Source: Firmicutes bacterium CAG:345 (GTDB lineage Bacteria; Bacillota_I; Bacilli_A; RFN20; CAG-288). Taken from it: DNA of 64,000 nucleotides. Each line of letters starts with the position of its first letter. The stretch's first letter is position 1. The stretch lies in assembly GCA_000433315.1 (NCBI GenBank), contig FR893375.1, positions 115,049 through 179,048 on the forward strand, given 5' to 3'. A program made the translations under genes and the position numbers. This document shows positions 31,648 to 40,056 of this stretch, one piece after another. The notes below the pieces were generated by a model, which worked only from the letters and a program-made list of their open reading frames with translations, had not been told where the DNA came from and did no database searches.

Positions 31648-33657
31648 TTATTTTTTATTCTTTTCTTTCTTATATAATCGGTATTTTTTCTTCTCAAAAA
31701 ATATGGTTATCTTCCTTTTTTCTTCTTTTAATACTATTTATTATATTCAAATATAAAAAGGAAAAAGATAAACTAAAGCCAACCTTATTTTTGATATGTC
31801 TATTTTTTACTTTTGGAATAATAAGACCTTTTCTATATTTATCAGGAAAAGAATTTAATTACGATAATCTAATAGGGGTTGTATATAAGGCCGAGAATAA
31901 CTACGCTTTAATAGCCACACTAAAAGGTAATTATTATATTAAAGAATCCAATTTAGAAGTTGGTGACATTCTTTCTCTTTCTGGGAAAAGCGAACTTGCG
32001 CTTTTTTCTCATTATGAAAATAGTTTTAACTTCACCTCATATCTTCATCATCGCTTTGTTGATTATAAGATAGAAAAACCTTCTATAAATTTTCTTTTTA
32101 AAAATCCTTTAAGTATTAATTCATACAAATCATATTGCCTTAATTTTCTAGAATCAGAAGAAAAAATATTAGCTTCTTCTATTCTTTTTGGTGATTCGTT
32201 ATCAGAATTAAGCTCTTACGATTCGTTATCAAAATTAGGAATAAATAGAATCTTTTCAACTTCAGGAATACATTTAACCTTTTTTATTCAGATAATAAAA
32301 GAAAAATATCAAGGAAAAAAGTATTATATAACCATTCAAAAATTAGAATTGCTGTTTTGTTTAATTTTCTATTTTTTAACTGGATTTAAATTTTGTTTTT
32401 TAAGACTTATCGTCGAAATATTACTAAGTATATATTTAAACTATAAATCTATATTTATAAATAGACTTTTTTTTTATATCTTCTACAGCATTAATCATAC
32501 TATCTCTCAACCCATATTATATTTTTGAACCAGGTTTTATATATTCTTATTTAATATTATTTTTTCTTCTGCTTATTCCAAAAAAGAAATATTCATTAAA
32601 ATTTATACAAACTATTACAAAAAGTATTTATTCCTTTATCATTGTTTTGCCAATAAATGCTTTTTATTACTATGAAATAAATGCTCTCTCGCTTATTTTT
32701 TCAACTATAATTATTCCATTAGGAATTGCTGAATTACTTCTTTGTTTACCTCTATTAGTTTTTCCGTATTATGGATTGATTTTAAAATATCCATTAAAAA
32801 TTATCTATAAAATATTAACTTTCATTGCAAATTTTAAATTGATAATTAATTGTGGAAAGCCTTCTATCATTTTTTTAATTATTTTTTACTCATTATTAAT
32901 TATCATTTGCTTAACTTCTTTTTTAAAAGCCAAAAAAATATTTAAAGTTTCTATTATTTTCTCTTTATTATTTTGCTCAACTCTTTTTATACCAAAGTTT
33001 TCATTCAATGATCAAATAACTTTCATCGATGTCGGTCAAGGAGATTCAACATTATTAACTTTCGATAATAAGCATTATCTTTTTGATACAGGAGGAAATC
33101 TTCATATCGATTTAGCAAAATCATGCCTTATTCCATATTTTAAAAAAAATAAAATCAGAGAACTAGAAGCTGTTTTTATCACACATCGTGACTTCGATCA
33201 TTATGGTGCTTTGGAAAGTTTAAAAACCAAATTCCCGATAAAAAATATCTATGATAATTATCAGATTGAAAATTTTAATTATGGTAATTTAAACATAACA
33301 AATCTAAATAAATTCCAAGAAGGTAAAGATACTAATTACGATAGCGGTGTCTATTATATAGAAACACCTAAGAAAAATATTTTAATAATGGGAGATGCGC
33401 CAATAGAAATTGAAACAAAAATAATGAAAACTTATTCTGATTTAAATGTCGATATTTTAAAAATAGGTCATCATGGCTCAAATACCTCTTCAAGTTTTGA
33501 GTTTTTAAAATATATAAATCCCAAAATAGCAATTATATCTTGCGGATATAAAAATTATTATGGACATCCTTCAGAATCAGTTATAGGTAACTTAAATATT
33601 TTAAAAATTCCTTATAAAAGAACTGATCAAGACTTTACAATCGCTTACATTTTGTAA
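31644..33657 (+). pseudogene. comEC: ComEC/Rec2 DNA internalisation channel, split by a +1 frameshift in a T9 tract (32467-32475)
   Basis: ORF 31644-32528 carries the N-terminal and competence-domain helices. The +1 frame is open from 32461 and reads on into ORF 32647-33657, which has the metallo-beta-lactamase motifs IDVGQGDS, HRDFDHYG and GHHGS. Removing one T gives a single 670-aa ORF. Confidence 0.85.
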
Positions 33658-33720
33658 TGAAAACGTTTTCAATCAAATATAGTGGAGAAAATTTAATTTT
33701 TAAAGTATAATTAACGCGCT

Positions 33721-34524
33721 ATGAAAAATATATTAATACTTGATATCGGAAATACAATGATCGATAGCTATTATCAAAATGAGACGAATGAGTTTTTCTT
33801 CACAATCGAAAGAAAAGGGCAATGCGATTTATTCCTTGAAAGTTATTTAAAAAAAATAGATGAATATTTTTTAAATGATTTAAGTGTCTATATTTCAAGT
33901 GTAAATAGACCTGCTGAAAAAAGAATTGTAGACTATTTTACACATAAACAGACACCTATTTATTCTCTAAATAGTTTATTGATGGAAAAATATATTAAAG
34001 AAAACAATTTCACTATCAATAATATTGCTTTTCTAGGATCAGATTTATTTGCTGATATAGTCGGTTCAAATTATAAAAATAATAAAGCAGAACTTGTCGC
34101 AGATTTTGGAACTGCCAGCAAATTATTGCTTGTCGATCAAAATAAAACTTTTCATGGTGGATGTATTTTTCCAGGAATCTATAGTTGTTCAAAAACTTTA
34201 TCAGCACAAACTGATTTATTAGAATTTACACCTATAGAGATACCCGCTAATATTATATCTTTAAAAACTGATGAAGCTATAAATGCTGGAGCTTTATATA
34301 GTGCAGCTTTCACTGTTAAAGGATACTATGAATATTTAAAAATGACTTATCCTGATTTGCATCTTTACATAACTGGTGGCTGTGGTGGAATCTTAATTGA
34401 AGCTATGAAAAAAATAAGATTTCATGATTATACTTTTGATAGATTCAGAATAATTCGCGGAATAATAAACGCTTTCGATATAAAAGATAAAATAAGGGGA
34501 AACATGATTTATGAGAAGAAATAA
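33721..34524 (+). CDS. coaX: Type III pantothenate kinase
   Basis: ILILDIGNT phosphate-1 motif, DFGTASK and ITGG motifs. About 267 aa. Confidence 0.8.
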   Translation: MKNILILDIGNTMIDSYYQNETNEFFFTIERKGQCDLFLESYLKKIDEYFLNDLSVYISSVNRPAEKRIVDYFTHKQTPIYSLNSLLMEKYIKENNFTINNIAFLGSDLFADIVGSNYKNNKAELVADFGTASKLLLVDQNKTFHGGCIFPGIYSCSKTLSAQTDLLEFTPIEIPANIISLKTDEAINAGALYSAAFTVKGYYEYLKMTYPDLHLYITGGCGGILIEAMKKIRFHDYTFDRFRIIRGIINAFDIKDKIRGNMIYEKK

Positions 34525-35254
34525 CTCAATATACTATATTGCTTTATATGCATTATTTATTGCCTTGATGGCAGTTTTTACATATGTACCTTTCATTGGT
34601 TACATAAGCCTTGGCGTTGTATCAATGACAACTGTTCATATTCTCGTTTTAACATTTGCTTTTTTAACAGGTTGGAAACATGGTTGGGCTTTTGGATTAA
34701 TCTTTGGTGTATTTTCTTTAATAAAAGCAGCTACACAACCTGCAAGCTTTCTCGATCCTTATTTTGTTAATCCTCTAATTAGTATTTTTCCACGTGTAGC
34801 CTTTGCCTTTGTTGCTGGAATACTATTTGATTTAGTTAAAAAGACTATAAAAAATAAAGCAGTTCAAATTCCATTATTTATATTTATTTCTGCTTTTGTT
34901 ACTCTTTTACATTCCGTTTTAGTTTTAGGTATGTTAGGTGTATGCTACTTTAGCGACGTCAATAATAAACTTTTAGAAAATGGCGGATATTGGGTCGCCT
35001 TTGGCTCAACATTGCTTTTAAATACTCTTCCTGAAATGGCTTTGGCTGGTGTATTAGTTACTCCAATTTCTTTAGCACTAGAAATTCCTTATTCTTATAT
35101 TTTTAGAAAAAAATATACAGTTACTCCTATTATTACAGTTACTCCTATTGATAAAAAAGAGACTGAAGATATCAAAAATATTGAAGTTCAAGAACAACCT
35201 GTAAATAAAATAAAACAAATAGAAAACGAAATAGAAAATAACGATAAAAAATAA
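34511..35254 (+). CDS. ECF transporter S component (possibly pantothenate-specific)
   Basis: Six hydrophobic helices with a typical S-component N-terminus. It overlaps coaX by 14 nt. Substrate is inferred only from linkage. Confidence 0.55.
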   Translation: MRRNNSIYYIALYALFIALMAVFTYVPFIGYISLGVVSMTTVHILVLTFAFLTGWKHGWAFGLIFGVFSLIKAATQPASFLDPYFVNPLISIFPRVAFAFVAGILFDLVKKTIKNKAVQIPLFIFISAFVTLLHSVLVLGMLGVCYFSDVNNKLLENGGYWVAFGSTLLLNTLPEMALAGVLVTPISLALEIPYSYIFRKKYTVTPIITVTPIDKKETEDIKNIEVQEQPVNKIKQIENEIENNDKK

Positions 35255-35258
35255 AAAG

Positions 35259-35286
35259 TTCTAGTCGATTGACTAGAATTTTTTTA
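35259..35286 (+). terminator. Rho-independent terminator
   Basis: TTCTAGTC-GATT-GACTAGAA followed by a T7 run. Confidence 0.8.
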
Positions 35287-35516
35287 TTATGATTCAAAGA
35301 ATTTAGAAAAACTGAAAATTTTTTGAGTTTTTTTAAATTGATTGCTATAAAAAGTTTAATATTTAAATTTTAAGATAAAAATTATGTTCAATCGATTGAA
35401 AACTACTTTATTCCTACATAATATTCCACTCTTTTTTATAGTCTGAAAATATGGTATATTTAAAAAGAAGTTAAATAGAAAGGAAAAACCTTAATTAAGG
35501 TTTTCAAAAAATTAAA

Positions 35517-36920
35517 ATGAACGATAATCAAAATAATTTTTATAGAGAAACTACTTATAGAGAATTAGTTAAGCCTTATCTAGATGAAGCAAAAAAAGAA
35601 CTCATAAATTACTTGAGCATTAATTCTGTTTATGATGAAAAAACAATCACAGAAAAAACTCCTTATGGTAAAGGCGTTGAAAAAGCTTTAACTTTTTTAG
35701 CCGATCTTGGAAAACGTTTAGGATTCAATGTCGATAGAGTAGATCATCATTGCACAGAATTAAGCTATGGTGAAGGAAAACTTTTAGATATCTATGCACA
35801 CGCTGATGTTGTTCCTGTTAGCGAAAACTGGGTTCATAAACCTTTTGAACCTACAATTGAAGGCGATAAAATATTTGCTAGAGGTGCCTGTGATGATAAA
35901 GGACCAGGCTTAGCAAGTTTATTTGCCGCTAAAGCTCTTCTTGACAACAATAAACTAAATGGTTTCAAATTACGTATAATTTTCGGCGGCGATGAAGAAA
36001 GAGGTTCTTCTTGCTTAGAATATTATTTCAATGAATATAAAAAAGAATATCCAACCTATGGTTTTACTCCAGATGCTGACTTTCCTATGATTTATGCTGA
36101 AAAAAGCATTCATACTGTAGAACTTATAAAAGAATGTCCAAAGTTAGCTTCACTAATTGAAGATTTTGATTTTGGAAAAGCTACAAATATTGTCCTAGAT
36201 GAAGCTACTGCAATATTGAAAAAAGTTGAAAATTTAGAAAACAAAGTTAAACATTATCAAGAAAATCATAAAGATATAAATCTTGTTTTAAATGACAATA
36301 CTCTTAAATTTTTCGGAAAATCAGTCCATGGTGCCACACCATGGTTAGGAGTAAATGCTGGTCTTCACCTTTTAAATTTCTTCGGAGAAGAATATGGTAT
36401 TGAAGAATTATGCAAACTATTCATTGCTCTTGAAAAAGGAGATGGAAAATCTTTTGGTGGAGACTTTACTTCTGAAACATTTGATTCAACTTCATATGCT
36501 ATTGGAAAAATGAACTTCAAAAATAACACAATTAAATTAATTATCAATCTTCGTCTTCCAGAAAACGTAAATATATCCGAACCTATAGAAAAATTAGAAA
36601 AATTTACTTCAAGCAAATGCAATGACTTAGGTGGTTGCGATGCTCTTGTTATTCCTCTTGAATCAACTTTAGTTCAAACATTATGTAATGTTTATAAAGA
36701 AGAAACTGGTGATGAAATCAATAAACCTTTAGCAATTGGTGGAGGAACCTATGCAAAAGAAAGTAAAAATTCTTTAGCTTTCGGACCGACATTCCCTGGA
36801 CGTGATTTCTTCATACATCAAGATGATGAATATTTCTTTATTTCTGACTTTGAAAATATTATCGGAATTTATGCCCACGCTATTGATGCTTTAGGAAAAG
36901 CATTGAGGGAGAATAAATAA
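35517..36920 (+). CDS. pepV: M20-family dipeptidase PepV (Sapep family)
   Basis: HADVVP, GACDDKGP and GGDEERG metal-ligand motifs. 467 aa. No obvious SD upstream. Confidence 0.8.
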   Translation: MNDNQNNFYRETTYRELVKPYLDEAKKELINYLSINSVYDEKTITEKTPYGKGVEKALTFLADLGKRLGFNVDRVDHHCTELSYGEGKLLDIYAHADVVPVSENWVHKPFEPTIEGDKIFARGACDDKGPGLASLFAAKALLDNNKLNGFKLRIIFGGDEERGSSCLEYYFNEYKKEYPTYGFTPDADFPMIYAEKSIHTVELIKECPKLASLIEDFDFGKATNIVLDEATAILKKVENLENKVKHYQENHKDINLVLNDNTLKFFGKSVHGATPWLGVNAGLHLLNFFGEEYGIEELCKLFIALEKGDGKSFGGDFTSETFDSTSYAIGKMNFKNNTIKLIINLRLPENVNISEPIEKLEKFTSSKCNDLGGCDALVIPLESTLVQTLCNVYKEETGDEINKPLAIGGGTYAKESKNSLAFGPTFPGRDFFIHQDDEYFFISDFENIIGIYAHAIDALGKALRENK

Positions 36921-36921
36921 A

Positions 36922-37536
36922 ATGCGCTTACGTCATAAAACTTGGCAAGAAGAAATGATATCTTCTCATAAAGATATCGCTCTTGAAAAAACTGCTATCG
37001 ATGAAAAATCTATTCCACCATTTAATATGTTAGAAATCGGATCTGGCTGTGGATTATTCCTTTTAGAGCTTGCTAAAAAACATCCAGAGAATCAATATCT
37101 AGGTGTTGAAATTCAAAGAACTGCCTTTGCAATCGGCATAAAAAAATATGTTACTGATGAAAATAGACCTACAAATATTCATTATATTAATGCCCCTATT
37201 GAAGCTCTTCTTCCAACATTAGAAGATGAATCATTGGATTGTATATTTTTAAATTTCAACGATCCTTGGCCGAAGAAAAGACATCATCGTCGCCGCTTGA
37301 CATATCCAACAAAATTAGAAGAATACTATAGAGTATTAAAAAAAGGTGGAAAACTTCTAGTTAGAACAGATAATGATGATTATTTTGAAGGAACAAAAGA
37401 ATATTTTGCTGAATTCAACAAATTTTCCTATAAAGTTGATGAAAATGCTGAACCTTTTGAAGTAATAAGTGAATATGAATCAAAATTCAGATCTACAGGC
37501 AAATCTATCCACGCTTTAAGTGCAATAAAATTATGA
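36922..37536 (+). CDS. trmB: tRNA (guanine46-N7)-methyltransferase
   Basis: LEIGSGCG SAM motif and the diagnostic FNDPWPKKRHHRRR. Confidence 0.9.
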   Translation: MRLRHKTWQEEMISSHKDIALEKTAIDEKSIPPFNMLEIGSGCGLFLLELAKKHPENQYLGVEIQRTAFAIGIKKYVTDENRPTNIHYINAPIEALLPTLEDESLDCIFLNFNDPWPKKRHHRRRLTYPTKLEEYYRVLKKGGKLLVRTDNDDYFEGTKEYFAEFNKFSYKVDENAEPFEVISEYESKFRSTGKSIHALSAIKL

Positions 37537-38090
37537 GTACCGAAGTTAGTTTATTTTATAATCAAGAAGCCTGCAAGGATGTATTGATTCTAATTGCCGA
37601 TGAATCTAGCTATCCTGATAAAGTAGAAAAATATGAGGATGTTATCATTTTAAAAAATAAAGATAGAATAGTTGGTATCAACATTCTCAATTCCCTTGAA
37701 TACGTTAAGATTAAAGCTTCTGGATTAATTCATTCTGTAAATGAACAATTGGCAAAATTAATTGAAAATATCGTAAAAGATTACTCAGATTATGATATAA
37801 AAGTTGTCGATAACAATTTCATATTAGGTCAAATAAAAGAGAATCTTGGAAAAAATCAATACAAAATAGATATTGGATTAAAAGAATCAGTATTAGCTAT
37901 TTCTAATATTGGTGAATTAAATATCGGTGAATTTGTTGAAGTAAGTTATAAAGAAACACGTCTTCCAACTGGACATAAAGCTTATCATTATTTAAAAGGA
38001 TTAGCCGACTATCTCATAACAAACAAAGATTTAAAACCGGATGTTTGTGGAACTAAATTATATATTCTCGAGTCTTCTAAAAAACATTAA
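37533..38090 (+). CDS. YtpR-like protein (DUF4479 + putative tRNA-binding OB fold)
   Basis: An N-terminal DVLIL...VGINILN pattern and a C-terminal OB-like segment. Weak recognition only. Confidence 0.35.
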   Translation: MSTEVSLFYNQEACKDVLILIADESSYPDKVEKYEDVIILKNKDRIVGINILNSLEYVKIKASGLIHSVNEQLAKLIENIVKDYSDYDIKVVDNNFILGQIKENLGKNQYKIDIGLKESVLAISNIGELNIGEFVEVSYKETRLPTGHKAYHYLKGLADYLITNKDLKPDVCGTKLYILESSKKH

Positions 38091-38135
38091 AAAGAGGATG
38101 GAACCTTAAATTAGGTTTCTTACCATCCTCTTTTT
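38091..38135. terminator. Bidirectional nested-hairpin terminator (copy A of the AACCT..AGGTT element)
   Basis: Outer stem AAAGAGGATGG/CCATCCTCTTT, inner stem AACCT/AGGTT, flanked by A and T runs between convergent genes. Confidence 0.75.
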
Positions 38136-38160
38136 CTTTATAATATAATAATTTTTTAAC

Positions 38161-39582
38161 TTAATTATTAACAACTGGAACTAAGAAATAAACCATAAAT
38201 AGAGCGAATATTATAATTGCAACAATCGAAACATCATATTTTGGTTTTTCTAAATTTTCCTTATTTTTGCTAATGCTATATTTAATTAAATCAACAACAA
38301 AGATTATTGTAGAAACAATAACATAGCTTATAATACCTATTCCAATACCTTTTGTGATGGAATAGCTTAATACCATCATAATTATTGTCAAGAAGGCTGG
38401 AACAGAATTTTTAACTTTAGAGAAATCAATATCTTTAACATTGCTCATCATCAAGACACCAACATAGATTAACGCACCTGCTGCTGCAGATTTAGGAATG
38501 AAAGCAAAAAGTGGTAAAAGGAAAATTGATAATAAGAATAATAAAGAAGTAACTAAGGATGAAAAGCCTGTTTTTCCACCAGCAGCAATACCAGCACCTG
38601 ATTCAACAAAGGTTGTAACAGTAGAAGTACCCATCATTGCACCAGCACAAGTAGCAATAGAGTCAGCTGCCATAATTCGATCATAATTATGTGGTTTTCC
38701 ATTTTCGTCGATTAATTTAGCATTAGTGGCACAACCGACAACAGTACCCATAGTGTCAAACATATCAATCATGCAGAAAGTCATAACAAGCATTACACAT
38801 GTTAATGCTGAACCTTCAGGGAAATTAAATCCTTCAGTAAAAGCTGCTAAAAATATACCGCCTTTAGAAGGATCCATAGAAAAGAAATTTGAAAAGTTTG
38901 TCCAGAATTCCCAAGTAACACCTGGAACTTTTTCTGAAAGATAATCAAAACTTGTAACGCCTAATGGTAAAGAAAGCAATGTTCCAGCAAAGATACCAAT
39001 AACAACAGCACCTTTTACTTTATAATGAGATAAAATTGCGATTATAAAGAAAGAAAATAAACCGACCATAGCTGTTCTTGCTGGACCATTTGCTGCCCAG
39101 TTAGCACTATTTGAAAGATCAACAAAACCAGAAATTACATAAGGATCGCTGACGATGATATTTGAATTTTGAAATCCAATATAAGTGATAAATAAACCTA
39201 TACCAACTGTAATTGCTTTTCTAACAGCCTCAGGGATTCCATCAAATATTTTTTCACGCAAAGAAATCCATCTTCCAGTTTCTTTATTTTTTCCACAAGG
39301 AATAAAAGTTACGGCTAAGAATATAACACCACTTATTAAAACCAAAAGCATTGCATTTCCATAGGAAAAAGAAAATCCCATGACACCACCAATAACGCTA
39401 CCAACAGTAGAATTTAAACCCATTCCAGATGCTTGTGCAAAAGGCATTTTAGCCAACAAAGCCATCAACAATGTTCCAATAAAAGCGCCAATTGCCGTTG
39501 CGATGAAGACAGAAGACCAGCGGATATCGCTTGTTCCTCCAAAAAGAATTGAGTTAGGGTTGACGGTTAAGATGTAAGCCAT
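38161..39582 (-). CDS. NCS2/AzgA-family purine (guanine/hypoxanthine) permease. The conserved N-terminus continues in frame to an ATG at 39693 but is interrupted by TAA at 39685-39687.
   Basis: Polytopic membrane protein with AzgA-like blocks. The in-frame upstream sequence KKSFKDKLDGFFEISSRGSSFKVEALAGIATFLAMAYI matches permease N-termini. A guanine riboswitch and GGGAGG RBS lie upstream. Confidence 0.8.
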   Translation of the reverse strand: MAYILTVNPNSILFGGTSDIRWSSVFIATAIGAFIGTLLMALLAKMPFAQASGMGLNSTVGSVIGGVMGFSFSYGNAMLLVLISGVIFLAVTFIPCGKNKETGRWISLREKIFDGIPEAVRKAITVGIGLFITYIGFQNSNIIVSDPYVISGFVDLSNSANWAANGPARTAMVGLFSFFIIAILSHYKVKGAVVIGIFAGTLLSLPLGVTSFDYLSEKVPGVTWEFWTNFSNFFSMDPSKGGIFLAAFTEGFNFPEGSALTCVMLVMTFCMIDMFDTMGTVVGCATNAKLIDENGKPHNYDRIMAADSIATCAGAMMGTSTVTTFVESGAGIAAGGKTGFSSLVTSLLFLLSIFLLPLFAFIPKSAAAGALIYVGVLMMSNVKDIDFSKVKNSVPAFLTIIMMVLSYSITKGIGIGIISYVIVSTIIFVVDLIKYSISKNKENLEKPKYDVSIVAIIIFALFMVYFLVPVVNN

Positions 39583-39709
39583 TGCTAAAAAAGTAGCAAT
39601 ACCTGCGAGTGCTTCTACTTTGAAACTAGAACCACGAGAACTAATTTCAAAAAAGCCATCTAATTTGTCTTTAAAAGACTTTTTTTAGTTCATTCGAACC
39701 TCCCTTTTT

Positions 39710-39832
39710 GGAAAAATAAAAATTCCGTCAATGACGGAACCATTAAATTCAAAAATTCAAATGAACCGCCATAGTCACAAATTTACGGTTTGTGGTAGAA
39801 ACTGCTCACCATATTAGAGCGATATATGACCA
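39710..39832 (-). promoter_or_regulatory. Purine riboswitch, guanine type (C at the specificity position), with a terminator expression platform
   Basis: Minus strand reads GUCAUAUAUCGCUCUAAUAUGGUGAGCAGUUUCUACCACAAACCGUAAAUUUGUGACUAUGGC, close to the xpt G-box with GACUAUG (C74). It is followed by a TTCCGTC-ATT-GACGGAA hairpin and a T-rich tract. A candidate promoter is TTGAAC (39879-39884), 18-nt spacer, TACAAT (39855-39860). Confidence 0.9.
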
Positions 39833-39982
39833 AACTGATATTTTTACCAATTTCATTGTAACAACGAATAAATAATGTGTTCAAGACATTTTAGTATTAA
39901 AGCGGTTACAAAAGTTATTCATCAATTTTATAAGTTACTTTTTTTACACATTTCAACAAGTGTAAAAAAGAAACAAAAATAA

Positions 39983-40024
39983 TTAGCAAAGATTAGTTGA
40001 ATTTGCTAATTTGCCGAGTATACT
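39983..40024 (+). promoter_or_regulatory. Degenerate CIRCE operator overlapping a putative hrcA promoter
   Basis: TTAGCAAAG-N9-ATTTGCTAA (39983-40009), versus consensus TTAGCACTC-N9-GAGTGCTAA. TTGAAT (39997-40002), 16-nt spacer, TATACT (40019-40024). Confidence 0.65.
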
Positions 40025-40056
40025 ATTTATAGTCGAAAGAGATCGACCGAAAGAAG

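Noticed and set aside
39680-39693. A AAA AAG-like slippery run after ATG AAC TAA, considered as a programmed frameshift site
   Set aside because: The conserved permease frame is the same frame as the ATG and the TAA. A -1 or +1 shift would therefore leave the correct frame rather than restore it, and the stop precedes the slippery run.
39941-39968. 9-bp hairpin TTTTTACAC-N10-GTGTAAAAA between the riboswitch promoter and hrcA, considered as a terminator
   Set aside because: No U-tract follows the stem on either strand, and no gene ends next to it. It may be incidental or an uncharacterised site, so it was not called.
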